Assembly (NCBI GenBank): GCA_951406725.2
Contig: OX597822.1
Span: 29,450,001 to 29,514,000 of the forward strand
Reading direction: 5' to 3'
From: Octopus vulgaris
Taxonomy: Eukaryota
Length of the DNA stretch: 64,000 nt
Positions within the stretch are counted from its first letter, which is position 1. Each line of letters opens with the position of its first letter. Below are positions 41,543 through 55,200 of the stretch, one piece after another. The notes below the pieces were generated by a model, which searched no databases, had not been told where the DNA came from, and saw only the letters and a program-made list of their open reading frames with translations. The translations under genes were made by a program, and so were the position numbers.

Positions 41543-42055
41543 CAGGGATTCTCAACCAGTTTTTATCTATGGACTCCTTTGATTACTATTTTATTCTGGT
41601 GGATCCCCATAACCATTTGATATCTAAGACTAGTTTTATAGAAACTTCTTTAAAAATTCCTAATTTGTTTTTCACACATTAACTTGTGTTGGTTGAACTA
41701 TGTAAAATGCTAGAGAAAGAAATTTAGCTGTTTCTTGCAATACATACTAATACATAAATTTAAAACAAAATTTTTTCAGGGGCTCTTAAAATACTATTCT
41801 GGATACTCAATTTAACATCTTGTTCTGTGAACCCCTAAAAATCTTATATGGACCCTCAGGGACTATACGCACCCCAGTTGAGAACCACTGTGTTAGAAAA
41901 AGAAACCTAGCTGTTTCTTGCAATACACATCAGTACATGCATTTAAAGCAAAATTTTTTCAGGGTCCCTTAAAATAATATTGTGGATCCCCAGTTTACTA
42001 TTTTGCTCCTGTGGACCATGAAAAATCTTATATGGACCCCAGTTGAGAGCCGCTG
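41543..42055. mobile_element. hAT (Charlie-type) MITE with duplicated right end
   Basis: TIRs CAGGGATTCTCAAC / GTTGAGAGCCGCTG; perfect 8-bp TSD ATCTAACC (41535-41542, 42056-42063); internal second end GTTGAGAACCACTG finishing at 41890. Confidence 0.9.
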
Positions 42056-42366
42056 ATCTAACCAATGAGAAAATAGACATAGAAGTGCCTTGGGTAGAAG
42101 GGAAAATATAAATTTTGCTTCAAATTTGTTTGTGTTTGAGTATGTTTCGAGATTTGTGTGCTGTGTATATATGTAATATGAATGTGGATATGCATGTATG
42201 TGTGTATGTATGTGTATATATATATCATGTATACATTTATTGGATACTTCCCATGGCAACTTCATCCTAGTCTTTCTGCCACTTTTTTCTGAATAATACA
42301 AGTCTTACTGATACAAAACAGCCATCATCAGTCCTTGAGTTCTGTTTTATATGATTTATATAAAGA

Positions 42367-42663
42367 CTAGCAGTATCGCCCGGCGTTGCTCAGGTTTGTA
42401 AGGGAAATAACTATAAAGCATTTTTAGAGAGTTATAGCCAAAAAATAGCAAAAAAATGGAAAAAAAATTATGGTAAATTTTTTTTTTGAGAGTAAAAAAA
42501 GGTTGAGTTGCGTCCCCTAGACAGTCTGTGGTTTGTTTTTTTTGATTCTCGACCCCATGTCGAATTTATCGAAATCGGTTGAAAGCCGTGGTCAGGGTGA
42601 GGGTACGAGAAAACAGACACACAGAAACACGCACAGACAAACTGCCGTTTATATATAGAGAGA
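42367..42663 (-). mobile_element. Non-autonomous Helitron-like element
   Basis: Minus strand: A|TC start, subterminal GC-rich CCTGAGCAACGCCGGG, CTAG|T end, no TSD. Confidence 0.7.
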
Positions 42664-42755
42664 TGTGTGTATGTTTGGTTTTTAATTATTAAAATTCTTC
42701 CTCTGAGGAAGGAGCTGTTTCTAACAAAGATACGAAGCTCCATTGTTGGAATGTA

Positions 42756-43625
42756 TTGGGTTATCCCATAAATGATGTTTTTTTTATATTACTTTTATTT
42801 TTCAAAATTAAGATAAACAAAGTTCTTTTTTGATCTAAAATATACTCTCCTTCATTTTCTACAACACTCTTCCATCTATCTGGTAGATTTGCAAGGCCCC
42901 TCTTCCAAAATTCGCTTGTCTGTGACGAAAAATACTCCTCCAGCACTGTTCTGATCTCGTCTACCGAATTCTTATTTTCTCCGTCCAAATGATTTTGAAA
43001 ACTGCGGAATAAATGATAATCAGATGGGTCAATGTTTGGCAGATATGGTGGGCGGGGCATCATTACCCATTCAAACTGTTCCAGCCTTTGGAATGCCAAC
43101 CTCGCTGTATGTGGTCAAGCATTATCCTGATGGAAGAACACCTTTTGTCTTGAATTGAAAGATGGTCATTTTTCTTCTAGCGCTGACTTCAGCCATTCAA
43201 GCTACTTGCAGTTGATCTCCTTTGTTATCGTTTGGTTTGGGTTTAAAAGTTCGAAGTGGACTAAACCTTTCATATTCCACCAAACAGATAACAACACCAT
43301 AAGTGGGTGAAGACCTTCTTTAGCCTGAGATGCTAGTGTTTCTCCTTTCCCTACCCACTATCTTCAGCACTTGACATTTTTATAGAGAACCCATTTCTCA
43401 TCACCAGTCACTGTTCAATCCAAAAAAGGTTCATTTGTGAAACATGACTGCAAAGAAGAGCACACATTCCTCTCTGTATGTGATTAGACTCAGAAAGTTT
43501 GTGACTCAATTGCTGACTTCTCTGATGTCATGCAGCTGTCGATGAATGGCTATGACCAAATCCAAACTTCTGTGCTACTTCCTCAACGATTACGATAGGA
43601 ATTTGTTCCACCAGAGTTTGCACAC
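42756..43625 (-). mobile_element. Mariner, 3' two-thirds, degenerate, lacking its 5' end
   Basis: TA + TIR ttgggttatcccataaat; minus-strand remnants QTLVEQIPIV..EEVAQKFG, VTGDEKW, HQDNA, PPYLPNIDPSDYHLFRS, GLANLPDRWKSVVENEGEYILD. Confidence 0.85.
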
Positions 43626-43908
43626 GTACACACACACTTGCTGTAATGTAACATACTACATTTCTATGACAAACCAATCTCATAATGTTGATGATGATGA
43701 TTTCTTGTATAATCATAAAAATTCCTTATTGGCCCACAAGGGGTGTTAAAAACTTTCAGGGCAATACAAAGACAAAGAACAGTTGCGATTTATACAGAAA
43801 CATGTTAACCCCAAAAAACCCCAAAAAACAATAACAGCAAAAATTTTTAACAAATTTCCAAATAGGGGAAACACCATGATTTACAAACATAATTTATATT
43901 CCCCTGCA

Positions 43909-43965
<57 letters not shown>

Positions 43966-44021
43966 GTTTAAATATTTGTTGTGCAAGATTTTTTATGTGA
44001 AGTCGTGTGTTGAAACAAATA

Positions 44022-44250
44022 TTGTTATATTTCGGAATGGTCATTTTGCCAGTTTAGCCAATAAAAACACACGCACTATATATTTGGTGATATTTCGCTC
44101 CAGTGATATTTATTTTGTACATTAATCTTAATCTAATTTCGGCCAGAGTTCTTTCGTCACATTCCTGTGACCGCAGCAGTGGTCCTTTGTTTTCTTCTTT
44201 CTTATTTGTGTCTCTCCTTACTAACCATCAGCCATATGTATATATATATG

Positions 44251-44307
<57 letters not shown>

Positions 44308-44815
44308 TTTTTCGATTCAATTTATTATTATTATTACTAGTATTGTTGTTATACATACATACATACAAGCATATGTAATGATAATAATAGGTGGATGTAA
44401 ACACATGAACAAAATAAGAATAAACAAAAACAACAAACAACATACAAATTACATGAACATATAAAATTACAAATTACATGAACATATATAAACAGAAGAT
44501 ACAAATATTACAGGCATCCCCCACATACACACACTAACTAAACATAGACGCACATAGAGATATAAGCATGCGCAAATGAAGACATACGATAGAAATGCAA
44601 AATGGCTGACGGTTAGTTAGGAGAGACACAAATAAGAAAGAAGAAAACAAAGGACCACTGATGCGGTCACAGGTGTGTGACGAAAGAACTCTGGCCGAAA
44701 TAAGATTAAGATTAATGTAAAAAATAAATAACACTGAAGCAAAATAACACCAAATATATAGTGCGTGTGTTTTTATTGGCTAAACTGGCAAAATGACCAT
44801 TCTGAAATATAACAA
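44022..44815. mobile_element. Fold-back element with ~214-bp inverted arms and hammerhead-like motif (probable PLE pLTR derivative)
   Basis: 44022-44235 is a diverged reverse complement of 44602-44815; flanked by (TA)n; motif GGACCA-CTGATGCG-GTCAC..GTGAC-GAAA-GAAC-TC-TGGCC at 44652-44696. Confidence 0.7.
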
Positions 44816-45218
44816 AATATATATATATATATATATATGTGTGTAAATTAAAGAATTAAAGGTAATGCTATGCAACTTCATTGTAATCCTTATTATTAAT
44901 ATTGTGTGTGTATATATATATATGCATATGCATGTGTGTGTGTGTGTGTATATATATATGCGTATGTATATATATATGTGTATGTATATATATGTACGTA
45001 TGTGGGTATATACATGTGTGTATGTATATATATATGTATATACATGTATATATTTATATATATATATTTGTATGTATGTGTGTATGTGTATATATATATA
45101 TGTGTGTGTGTATGCATATATATATATGTATGTACATGTATGTGTGTATATATATGTATGTATTTAGATATATATGTTTATATATATATATATATGTATT
45201 TATATATCTATCTATCTA

Positions 45219-45257
<39 letters not shown>

Positions 45258-46013
45258 ATACATACACACACACACTATTCCCTTTGAGTGCAGTTAGGTG
45301 TATGGCTGTTCCTGGTGAATTCAGAGCTCTATCTGTGTCAGCATAATGTACTAAATTGTTCCTCTGAAGAACTCTTGTGGATTTGTTATCCAATTACCCA
45401 TTTGCACTTTGAGCACCCACTGCAGAAGATGCAAATAGCCCCACGGGTATCTTTTTCTGTCTTCTTTTAATCTTTTAATGTGGAGGTAAGGTATTGTTCA
45501 TGGCTCTTTACAAGATTCTCAAGACTAGTGTGAGAGAGGGAGGGGGGAATTATTCTTCAAACTGGGGGCCTCATCCAAATGCTTGCAACAGAATTAGGAT
45601 CTCCTGAGGGCACTCTAAGTGTTAGGTTAGTGATATTAAAACTAGTTTATGGGTTAAGCCTCCCTGCATGTTGAAAGAGGTAAATAAGTGTTGGCAACAG
45701 GAAGAGCATCTGGTGTATGCCTTAGAAACAAACAAAAAAAAAAAACTGTCCAATCAGTGCCAGCTTGGAATAGCAGATGGTGGTGATGATGATGATGATG
45801 ACAATGGCGAAGACGATGATGATGATGATGATGGTGACTTGTTGATATTATGGGATGGCAGAATCAGTATTTTGGGTCTCACAAAAATACCTTTTATTAC
45901 TCACTTTAGATTCTTTGAAATTCTGGTTACATCCTTTTAAACCCAGGTTGATTTTTGTCTTCCTTACTCTTATAATAATAATAATGCTAATGATAATGAT
46001 AATGATAATAATG

Positions 46014-46052
<39 letters not shown>

Positions 46053-46374
46053 GATTTTCCCATTAATGACGATGTACAAGTGTTCAGTTTTTGCTGAATT
46101 ACCTGCCTAAATCATTTGTTTATAGTGATCAAATGTGTGTGTTCACACAAGCTCATTCCCTCCATCAAATCAATGTTTACCTGTATAGGTGTGCAACTGT
46201 GCCAGATGTTGAAATGATTGCAGAGCGATGCAAAATGAAGTGTTTTTGCTGAAGAACATAATGTGCTGCTCAGTCTGGGACTCAAACCCATGATCTGGTG
46301 AGCCTGAGTGTAACACCCAAACCATGAGGCCATGTATCTTCACTATATAATAATAATAATAATAATAACAATAA

Positions 46375-46570
46375 TAAAATATTCAGACAAATACATAACA
46401 AAAACACCAGGACTTACAAATATATATAACATACAGAAAATTGCACTACTGGGCACTGCACACATCCTATGCAAAACACTCTCAATACAGTAACCATAAG
46501 AGCATCACAACAAACCACAGCACATACCCAAGGCACACAGAGCTGCGCTCGGTAGTGAAGTGAAAGCACA
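46375..46570 (+). mobile_element. R4/Dong-like LINE 3' fragment next to (TAA)n; a second, minus-strand fragment at ~46930-47225
   Basis: KYSDKYITKTPGLTNIYNIQKIALLGTAHILCKTLSIQ*; second fragment gives KVRKYQDLGLEV..VVPVVIGALG. Confidence 0.65.
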
Positions 46571-46639
46571 ATATTGGGGTCGATGTAATTGACTCACCCC
46601 CTCTCTCAAAATTGCTACTTTTGCGGAAAAATTTGAAAC

Positions 46640-46679
<40 letters not shown>

Positions 46680-48699
46680 GTTGTTGTTATTAAGGCAGTG
46701 AGCTGGCAGAATCGTTAGCATGCCGGGCGAAATACTTAGTGGTATTTCGTCCATCTTTACATTTTGAGATCAAATTCCGCAGAGGTCGACTTTACCTTTC
46801 ATCCCTTTCGGGATCGATAAATTAAGTACCGGTTGCATATTGGGGTCGATCTAATCGACTGAGTCTCTCACCCAAATTTCAGGCCTTGTGCCTATAGTAG
46901 AAAGGACTATTATTATTATTATTATTATTATTCACTTCTGATTTACCTATGTCACATCTCAGTTTTATTCCACAGCTTAGAGGCAACATGTTCCTCAACA
47001 CATGAACTGTTCTAAGTATTGCTGCCAACTGAATACTTCCTATGAAATTTTGGTATTTGCAGCTTTCGATGCTAGAATATTACTCTTTTTGAGTTGATCC
47101 CAAGGGCACCGATCACAACAGGTACCACACTCCCTTGTGAAACTCTATTGATTCTTTCACTTCCAATCCTAGGTCTTGGTACTTTCTGACTTTCTCATCC
47201 TCTGTCTTCACAATATTCTGGTCTGTTGTTCTTGTTATCATTTATGACCAGGATTATTAGTGTTCGACTATAAAGAAAGAAAGGAATTGTCTTGCAATAT
47301 ATTTTAGTTCCGTCCTTCTAATTTTCATGTTCAAGTCCTGCTGGGTGTTGGGGCTTTACTTTGGCACTATTATCATTGATAAAAAAAGTACGAATCAAAA
47401 TTAATGCATGTGTGTGTGATTTTTGGTGAAGAAAGGGGTCAGTTTAATAGAGTATTTCCTTTTTCCGACTGCCCATGTGTGTGAGAGAGAAAGAGAGAGA
47501 TTATGGCCTTGTGCCTATGGTTAAAAAAACAGATCCTTTTTGTTTTGGAATTTTGTTCTCTATAGACACATTTTCAACTCCCTGTCAGTCCCATTTCCTC
47601 TTAATTACTTTGCCATGATATGTAAAATAAAAATCAAAATGTATTATTATTATTATTATTATTCTGAGTTCATATTTTGTCAAGGTTGATTTTGCCTGTC
47701 ATCCTTTTGGGGTTCAATAAAGTAAGTATCACTTGAGCACTGGTGGGGGGGTCGACGTAATTGACTTCTCCGGTGACCTGGAAATTCAGGCCTTGTGCCT
47801 ATAGTAGAAAAACTTCTTATTGTTATTACCATTTCTTTCATTTATTGTTCTTTTTTTTCCCACCTGGTGCTGTTTTCTCTGTTGTTGTTGTTATTGTTGT
47901 CCTTTATTATTAAGGTGGCGAGCTGGCTGAATCGTTAGCATGCCGGACGAAATGCTTAGCGGTATTTCATCTGTCTTTACGTTCTGAGTTCAAATTCTGC
48001 TGAGGTCGACTTTGCCTTTTATCCTTTTGGGGCTGATAAAATCAGTACCAGATGAACACTGGGGTTGATGTAATCGACTGGCCCCCTCCCCTCAAAATTT
48101 CAGGCCTTGTACCTATAGCAGAAATGATTAACTTTATCATCATCATCATCATTATTATTATTATTATTATTATGAAAGGCAGTGAGCTGGCGGAATCATT
48201 AGCATTCCAGGCAAAGTGCTTAGCAGTATTACATCCCTCTTTTTAGGCGGCGAGCTGGCAGAAACGTTAGCACGTCGGGCGAAATGCTTAGCGGTATTTC
48301 GTCTGCCGTTACATTCTGAGTTCAAATTCCGCCGAGGTCGACTTTGCCTTTCATCCTTTTGGGGTCGATAAATTAAGTACCAGTTACGCACTGGGGTCAA
48401 TGTAATCGACTTAATACCTATGTCTGTCTTTGTTTGTCCCCTCTATGTTTGGCCCCTTGTGGGTAATAAGGAAATAAGTATTACATCCCTCTTCATGTTC
48501 TGAGTTAAGATTCCATTGAGATTGACTTTGTCTTTCATCCTTTCAGGGTCAATAAATTAAATACCAGTGAAACACTGAGGTCTATGTAATTGACTAGTCC
48601 CTTTCCTCCAAATTTCAGGCCTTGCACCTTCAGTAGAAAAGAATATTATTATTATTATTATCATCATTGTTATCATTATTATCATTATCATTATCATTA

Positions 48700-48731
<32 letters not shown>

Positions 48732-49790
48732 GTTAAGGTGGTGAGCTGGCAAAATCATTAACATGTCGAACAAAGTGCTTAGCTGCATTTCATCCATCTT
48801 TGCGTCTTGATTTCAAATTCCACTGAAGTCAGTTTTGCCTTTCAGTCCCTCTGGGGTCGATAAAGTATTGTACCAGTCATGTACTGGGAGTTGATATATT
48901 CATCTTATTCCCCCCTTCTCCCCAAATCTTTGGCCCTGTGCTTATGTTAAGAAGCAATTATTATTTTTATTTAAAATAAAAAAAATCTTTTTTTTTTTAA
49001 ACAAAGAGCATTTCTCATGACAGATCTATTCGTGCCAATTTAAAACTCTTGACTTCCCGTTAAACATTAACATTTTTTTTTTGTACTGGAAAAACCAAAA
49101 AAAAAATAAAATAAACCCCCAAAACAAAACAAAACATCCCCTCCCCTCCAAAATAAAATATTGTTTGTTGTTTATTTCTTAATGTTTATATTTCACCGTT
49201 TCTGATTACTTTCTTGGCTTTATTTTTGTTGTTGTTGTTTTTTTTTTAAATAATTTTTTTTTTTTAAATTGAAAATAAGGGAAACAAACAATAATAATAA
49301 GACTTTCTTTGACTCCAAAGCAGAAAAAAAAAAACATTAAAAAAATGAAATATAATATTAAAAAAAAAAAATCAAATCATAAAGCAAAAACTGAAAAAAT
49401 AATAAAAACAAACAAAAATCAAAGTCATTCATAAATATTGAATTTTTAAAAGCTGTCCATTAAAGTTTTATCAAAAATAAATGTAGTTTTTGTTGTTTTT
49501 TGCTTCTTGTCATTTTATTTTGTTCTGTAGTTTGTATGAGTTATGGAGTGTTGAGAGATCACAGATCTGGCACTAGACATACTCTTTACTCTTGTTTCAG
49601 TCATTGACTGTGGCCATGCTGGAGCACCACCTTTTAGTCAAACAAATCGACCCCAGGACTTATTCTTTGTAAGCCTAGTACTTATTCTATCAGTCACTTT
49701 TGCCGAACTGCTAAGTTACGGGGACATAAACACACCACACACCAGCGTCAGTTCTCAAGCGATGTTGGGGGGACAAACACAGACACACAA

Positions 49791-49821
<31 letters not shown>

Positions 49822-52389
49822 CATATACACGACGGGCTTCTTTCAGTTTCTGTCTACCAAATCCACTCACAAGGCTTTGGTTGGCCTGAGGCTATAGTAG
49901 AAGACACTTGCCCAAAGTGCCATGCAGTGGGACTGAACCTGGAACCGTGTGGTTGTTAAGCAAGCTACTTATCACACAGCCACTCCTGCGCCTATGTTTT
50001 TAGAATTTTTTCAGGAATGAATCTCAAGATGGATTCTTCAAGCTGAGCCAACTGGCAGGAAACCTAGGGTTAGACCAAATCATTTTGGTTGGTCATGCTA
50101 GGGAATCCTACCTGAATGTCTAATGATGGTTGCTTCTGATAGGACCCTATGGAGGTTCAGCCTGAGAACTTTATCTATCCCAACGATCATTCTAAGAGTA
50201 GTGGACAGAGTTGATGGTTAGATGGATTACTGTTCTCATGGAAACAATTGCAACTTCCAGTATGTCAACAATGGAGGCTTCTGGTTGGTTAAATTACATA
50301 ATATTAAAAGCTTGTAACTTTTTATTCAAATTTCTAGAGAAAATAATAGGATTTTTATCATGAGGAATGCAAAACTACATCAATGCCGATTTGATAAAAA
50401 ATATTTTGGTGAAAATGAAAAAAAAAAAAAATTCCTATTAGGGTACCACAAATTTTTAAAAATATAATTTAAGGATGGTAAGTGACCCTGACAATTCCAA
50501 CTTCCAACTTATCTAAAGTTGTCACATCTGATTGGCTGAACTGCCAAAATATTAAAAATAGGTATTTAAAAGTTCGTTAACTTTTTATTTTTAATTTCTT
50601 CCCAAAATGATTATGATTTCCTTTAATTAGCATGGAAATCTACATCTGTGTTGAAATTTAAGACGAAAAACAAAAAAAAAAAAACAAAAAAAAAAGAAGA
50701 AAGAAAAAGTGATCTGGTGCGCGAAAATGAAATGGTATAAATTAATAAAACGAGGTAAACTGAAGAAAAAGAAAATAATTAAAGATGCAGAGCGAAAAAA
50801 AAAACAAAAAAAAACGAATGAAAAAAAAAATGGAAAATATGTGTCTTTGCAGATCCGGTCTCTGTTCACCTCTGATGATGATTCCTTGTGCTTAAAATAT
50901 ATAAAGGTTACTAATCTTTTCCTTTTCACATTGTTAGAAGCTCCCTGTCTTCAAATATTTATTATTCTACTTACCATAAATGCTTCAAGCAAATTCCAAC
51001 GATCTTGAAGGTAAATTTTCTATATTATATTTTTTTGCTAAAGTATTTTACTTCAAAACGTTGTTTTCTTTTAACTTTCAAATGCCAAATGTATCAGGAA
51101 ATTTTTCAATAAAAAAAATAAGTAGTGGAGTTGATTCATTCGACTAAAAAGAATTCTTCAAGGCGGTGCCCCAGCATGACCACGATCTAAGTAAAAGATT
51201 AAAAAATAGTAAAAAAAACCCAGTAGATTCAACGTTGCGGTTGTAAATTAAAGAGGGCAACTTTCAGCTTAGAAATATAAAGGGAAGTAACTCTAATCTC
51301 TTGTCATCTACATAGGCTTTGAAACAACATCGGTTCGTAAAAATGAATGAAGGTAATTCTTTTCTTTTTTTGTCTTTTATTTCTTTCAGGCACCTAACTG
51401 CGGCCATGCTGGAGCACTGCCTTAAAGGATTTTAGTCGAATAAATCGATCCTAGGACTTATTCTTTGTAAACCTAGTACTTCTATCGCTTTCTTTTACCG
51501 AACTGCTAAGTTACGACGACGTAAACACACCAACATCGGTTGTTAGTCGATGGTGGTGTGGAGGGACAATGCAAGGACACACACACACACACATACGGCA
51601 GGCTTCTTTCAGTTTCCGTCTGCCAAATCCACTCACAAGGCTTTGGTCGGCCCGAGGCTATAGTAGAAGACAATTGCCCACAGTGCCACGCAGTGAGATT
51701 GAACCCGGAACCATGTGCTTGGGAGGCAAGCATCTAACCATACAGCCACACCTACGGAAACACTTTTAATATTTATTGCCCTCTTTAATTTACAACCGCA
51801 ACGTTGAATCTACTGTTTTTTTTTTACTATTTTTTAATCTTTTACTTAGATCGTGGTCATGCTGGGGCACCGCCTTGAAGAATTCTTTTTAGTCGAATGA
51901 ATCAACTCCACTACTTATTTTTTTTATGACTGATACTTATTCTATCTGGGTGTTTTGCCGAACCGCTAAATTACGGGGACGTAAGCACACTAACATCGGT
52001 TGTCAAGTAGTGGTGAGCCACACACACACACACACAAGAGGCTTCTTTTCGGTTTCTGTTTATCAAATCCATTCACAAGGCTTTGGCCTGAGGCTATAGT
52101 AGAAGGCACCTGCCCAAGGTGCCACGCAGTGGGACTGAAACCAGAACCGTGATTGGGAAGCAAGCCTCATACTATATAGCCACCTCTGTTTACTAATTTT
52201 TCCTTTTAACAGTTAATTGGACGGAAAATATTGGTAGAAAATATCTTGCAGTATGTTCGATTAAGTTCAAATAAATCCTTCTGATGTCTACTTCTTTCGC
52301 CTTGTGGTGAAAGTAATACGATCGATTCTCCCCTACTCTCTCTGTTTGTGTGTCCCTCTTTCACTCTCCTCTTTCGAACAAACCGTTTC

Positions 52390-52979
52390 TTATTTCTTTA
52401 TTGCCTACAAGGGGTTAAACACAGAGAGGACAAACAAGGACAGACAAATGGATTAAGTCGATTACATCGACTCCAGTGCGTAACTGGTACTTAATTCATC
52501 GACCCCGAAAGGATGAAAGGCAAAGTCGACCTCGGCGGAATTTGAACTCAGAACGTAACGGCAGACGAAATACCTATTTCTTTATTACCAACAAGCGGCT
52601 AAACACAGAGGGGACAGACAAACGGATTAAGTCGATTATATCGATCCCAGTGCGTAACTGGTACTTATTTAATCGACCCCGAAAGGATGAAAGGCAAAGT
52701 CGACCTCAGCGGAATTTGAACTCAACGTAGCGGCAGACGAAATACCTATTTCTTTACTACCCACAAGGGGCTAAACACAGAGAAGACAAACAAGGACAGA
52801 CAAACGGATTAAGTCGATTATATCGACACCAGTGTGTAACTGGTACTTAATTTATCGACTCCGAAAGGATGAAAGGCAAAGTCAACCTCGGTGGAATTTG
52901 AACTCAGAACGTAACGGCAGACGAAATACCGCTAAGCATTTCGCCCGGCGTGCTAACGTTTCTGCCAGCTCGCCACCTT
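52390..52979 (-). mobile_element. Tandem array of three family B SINE units
   Basis: Reverse complement of the 22476 array type; internal junctions read gacgaaatacc|tatttcttt. Confidence 0.8.
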
Positions 52980-53291
52980 TTTTTGTGTTTGTGGAACAAA
53001 CTGGTCGCACCTTTCTACGCCACCGATGTTATACAAGGGAAAGGCAAAGACCGATACAGTTTGGCACCAATGACATCGTTACTTATTTCTACAGATGAGT
53101 GAAATGGAGCAACCTGAAATAAAGTATCTTGCTCAAAAACAACAATGCACAGCCCAATCCAGAAATCGAACTCGCATTTGCGAGCCCGACGCTCTAATCA
53201 CTGAACTATGCATCTTCCTAATACATCTGTTTGTTGTTTACACACCCGTCTTCGTCTTTTGTTTTTTTGTTTTTGTTTTGTAAATTCCAAC

Positions 53292-53330
<39 letters not shown>

Positions 53331-53345
53331 ACACATATTTATACA

Positions 53346-54202
53346 CAGGTGCGATGGGTAAATTGTCGCCATAATATATTTTTAATTTTGCGCATTGTTT
53401 GTTTTGTCGACTACACAGTAAAGTAGGGTCAGTCGGGCACCGTCTGTGAGAAAAACAGCACCATGATGTGATTCACTCTGCCAGAGATTTGGAAACTACA
53501 TGGTGTACTGCTTGACAGTCGTGCTGGAAGCTCCAATACGAACATTTCAGAGCGTTTGGAGGTCAAACTGAGAACACGTACAGAGAGTGATAAAAATCAA
53601 ATATCCAGTCGACATCATGTTCTTTGGAGTGATCACTAGTGATGGCGACGTTATGCCTCCATTCATCTTCCTACACGGCCTCACACTCAACACAGAGGCC
53701 TACATCAAGTGCCTGAATCGACGTAGCGCTGCCCCGGGTGAACAGGGTGGATGCTGGAAGACCCTATATCTGGCAACAGGACTCTGCACCATGTCACACA
53801 AGCTGGAGAACACAGTCATGGCTGTCAGACAATTTCTGCAACCACATCACCCCTAACATCTGGTCACTTAACTCCCCAGGCTGTAACCCCCATGGGTATT
53901 ATGTGTGGGGCACAGTTGAGCGAGAGAGCAACAAAACTCTATGTAACACCAAAAATGAACTGAAGGCCAGAATTATAGCAGCATTTACCAACTTATACAA
54001 AGGAGACCGTCCAGAAGAGTTGCAGGAGATTCTGGAGTCGTCTGGCGGCTGTGATTGAAGCCAATGGCGATTTTATTGAATAAATTTACACTTTAGTATT
54101 TCAGGATATTTTTATGTAATTTTGGTAAATATATCTGTTAAAATGAATGTCAGTGTTATTTTCATTTTTGTGTAATTTAGACGACAGTTTATTCACTGCA
54201 TC

Positions 54203-54205
<3 letters not shown>
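53346..54205 (+). mobile_element. Internally deleted Tc1/mariner element, DD37D (maT) type
   Basis: Imperfect TIRs caggtgcgatgggtaaattgtcg / cgacagtttattcactgcatcctg. Remnant IWQQDSAPCH..NSPGCNPHGYYVWG has 37 residues between the second D and the mutated third D position. Confidence 0.8.
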
Positions 54206-54261
<56 letters not shown>

Positions 54262-54428
54262 AAGTAGCTTTATAGAGATCGTCGTCTCCAGCTGGCTTTA
54301 GACGATCTCTTGGGGCTATAAAGCTACAGTAACACCCCCTCCCCTATGTGGTTAGCCATGTTCAGATGGCTTCTATACTTTACATTATCGAGCGGTTACT
54401 GTTTCAATCTCCTGAGATTTAATAATGC

Positions 54429-54460
<32 letters not shown>

Positions 54461-55027
54461 GAAGTGTTTTGATCAAGAACATAAGGCATCGCCTGGTCCA
54501 AGAATCGAAACCACAATCTTACGATCGTGAGCTCAACACCCTAACCACTAAGCCACGCGCCTCCATATTACTAATAGATACCAAATACTAACAGGACTGA
54601 CTATTGTATGGATTAGCAGATGTTTTTTGGCCGGCGAAGACGACTGTCGTATTTTTGATGTCCTACAGCATTGGCAGTTCTCGCTAGATTCTCTCGAGAA
54701 ATGATATGGCGATCTTAACGATTGAATCAAAGCTCCGATTATCGCAGTCTATCGAGACGTCGACGAGTTAACACCACCCAACTCCATTACATCTCTTTGA
54801 TGGAAGAAGATTTTTTTTTACATAGGTTACGGATGCTACCAAACATATTTCTCCTCTGCACTTGTAAAAACATTCAAGTTGGTTTTTAAATTAATGAACA
54901 ACAAGAAGCCACAGATAATACAATATAAGTATATATATATATATGTATACATATAATAATGACAATAGCTATTGATATAAATATACATGGAAGTTGATAC
55001 AAATATTTATATCGAAGTTGACACACA

Positions 55028-55079
<52 letters not shown>

Positions 55080-55200
55080 ACAAATATATTAACATATACA
55101 TACATATTTGTATTCATGCATACACATGCATGCTTAAAGCAGACATGCATACACACTGACAAATGGCAACATTCCAAAATGTATATTTCTCTGAGCAAAT

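Noticed and set aside
50850-51015. Possible exon(s) with ttgcag acceptor (+) or ATG|GTAAGT donor (-)
   Set aside because: No partner exons or protein similarity could be established
54548-54830. CpG-rich unique stretch as a coding exon
   Set aside because: Stops in the frames I checked and no recognisable motif; could be UTR of the speriolin-like gene
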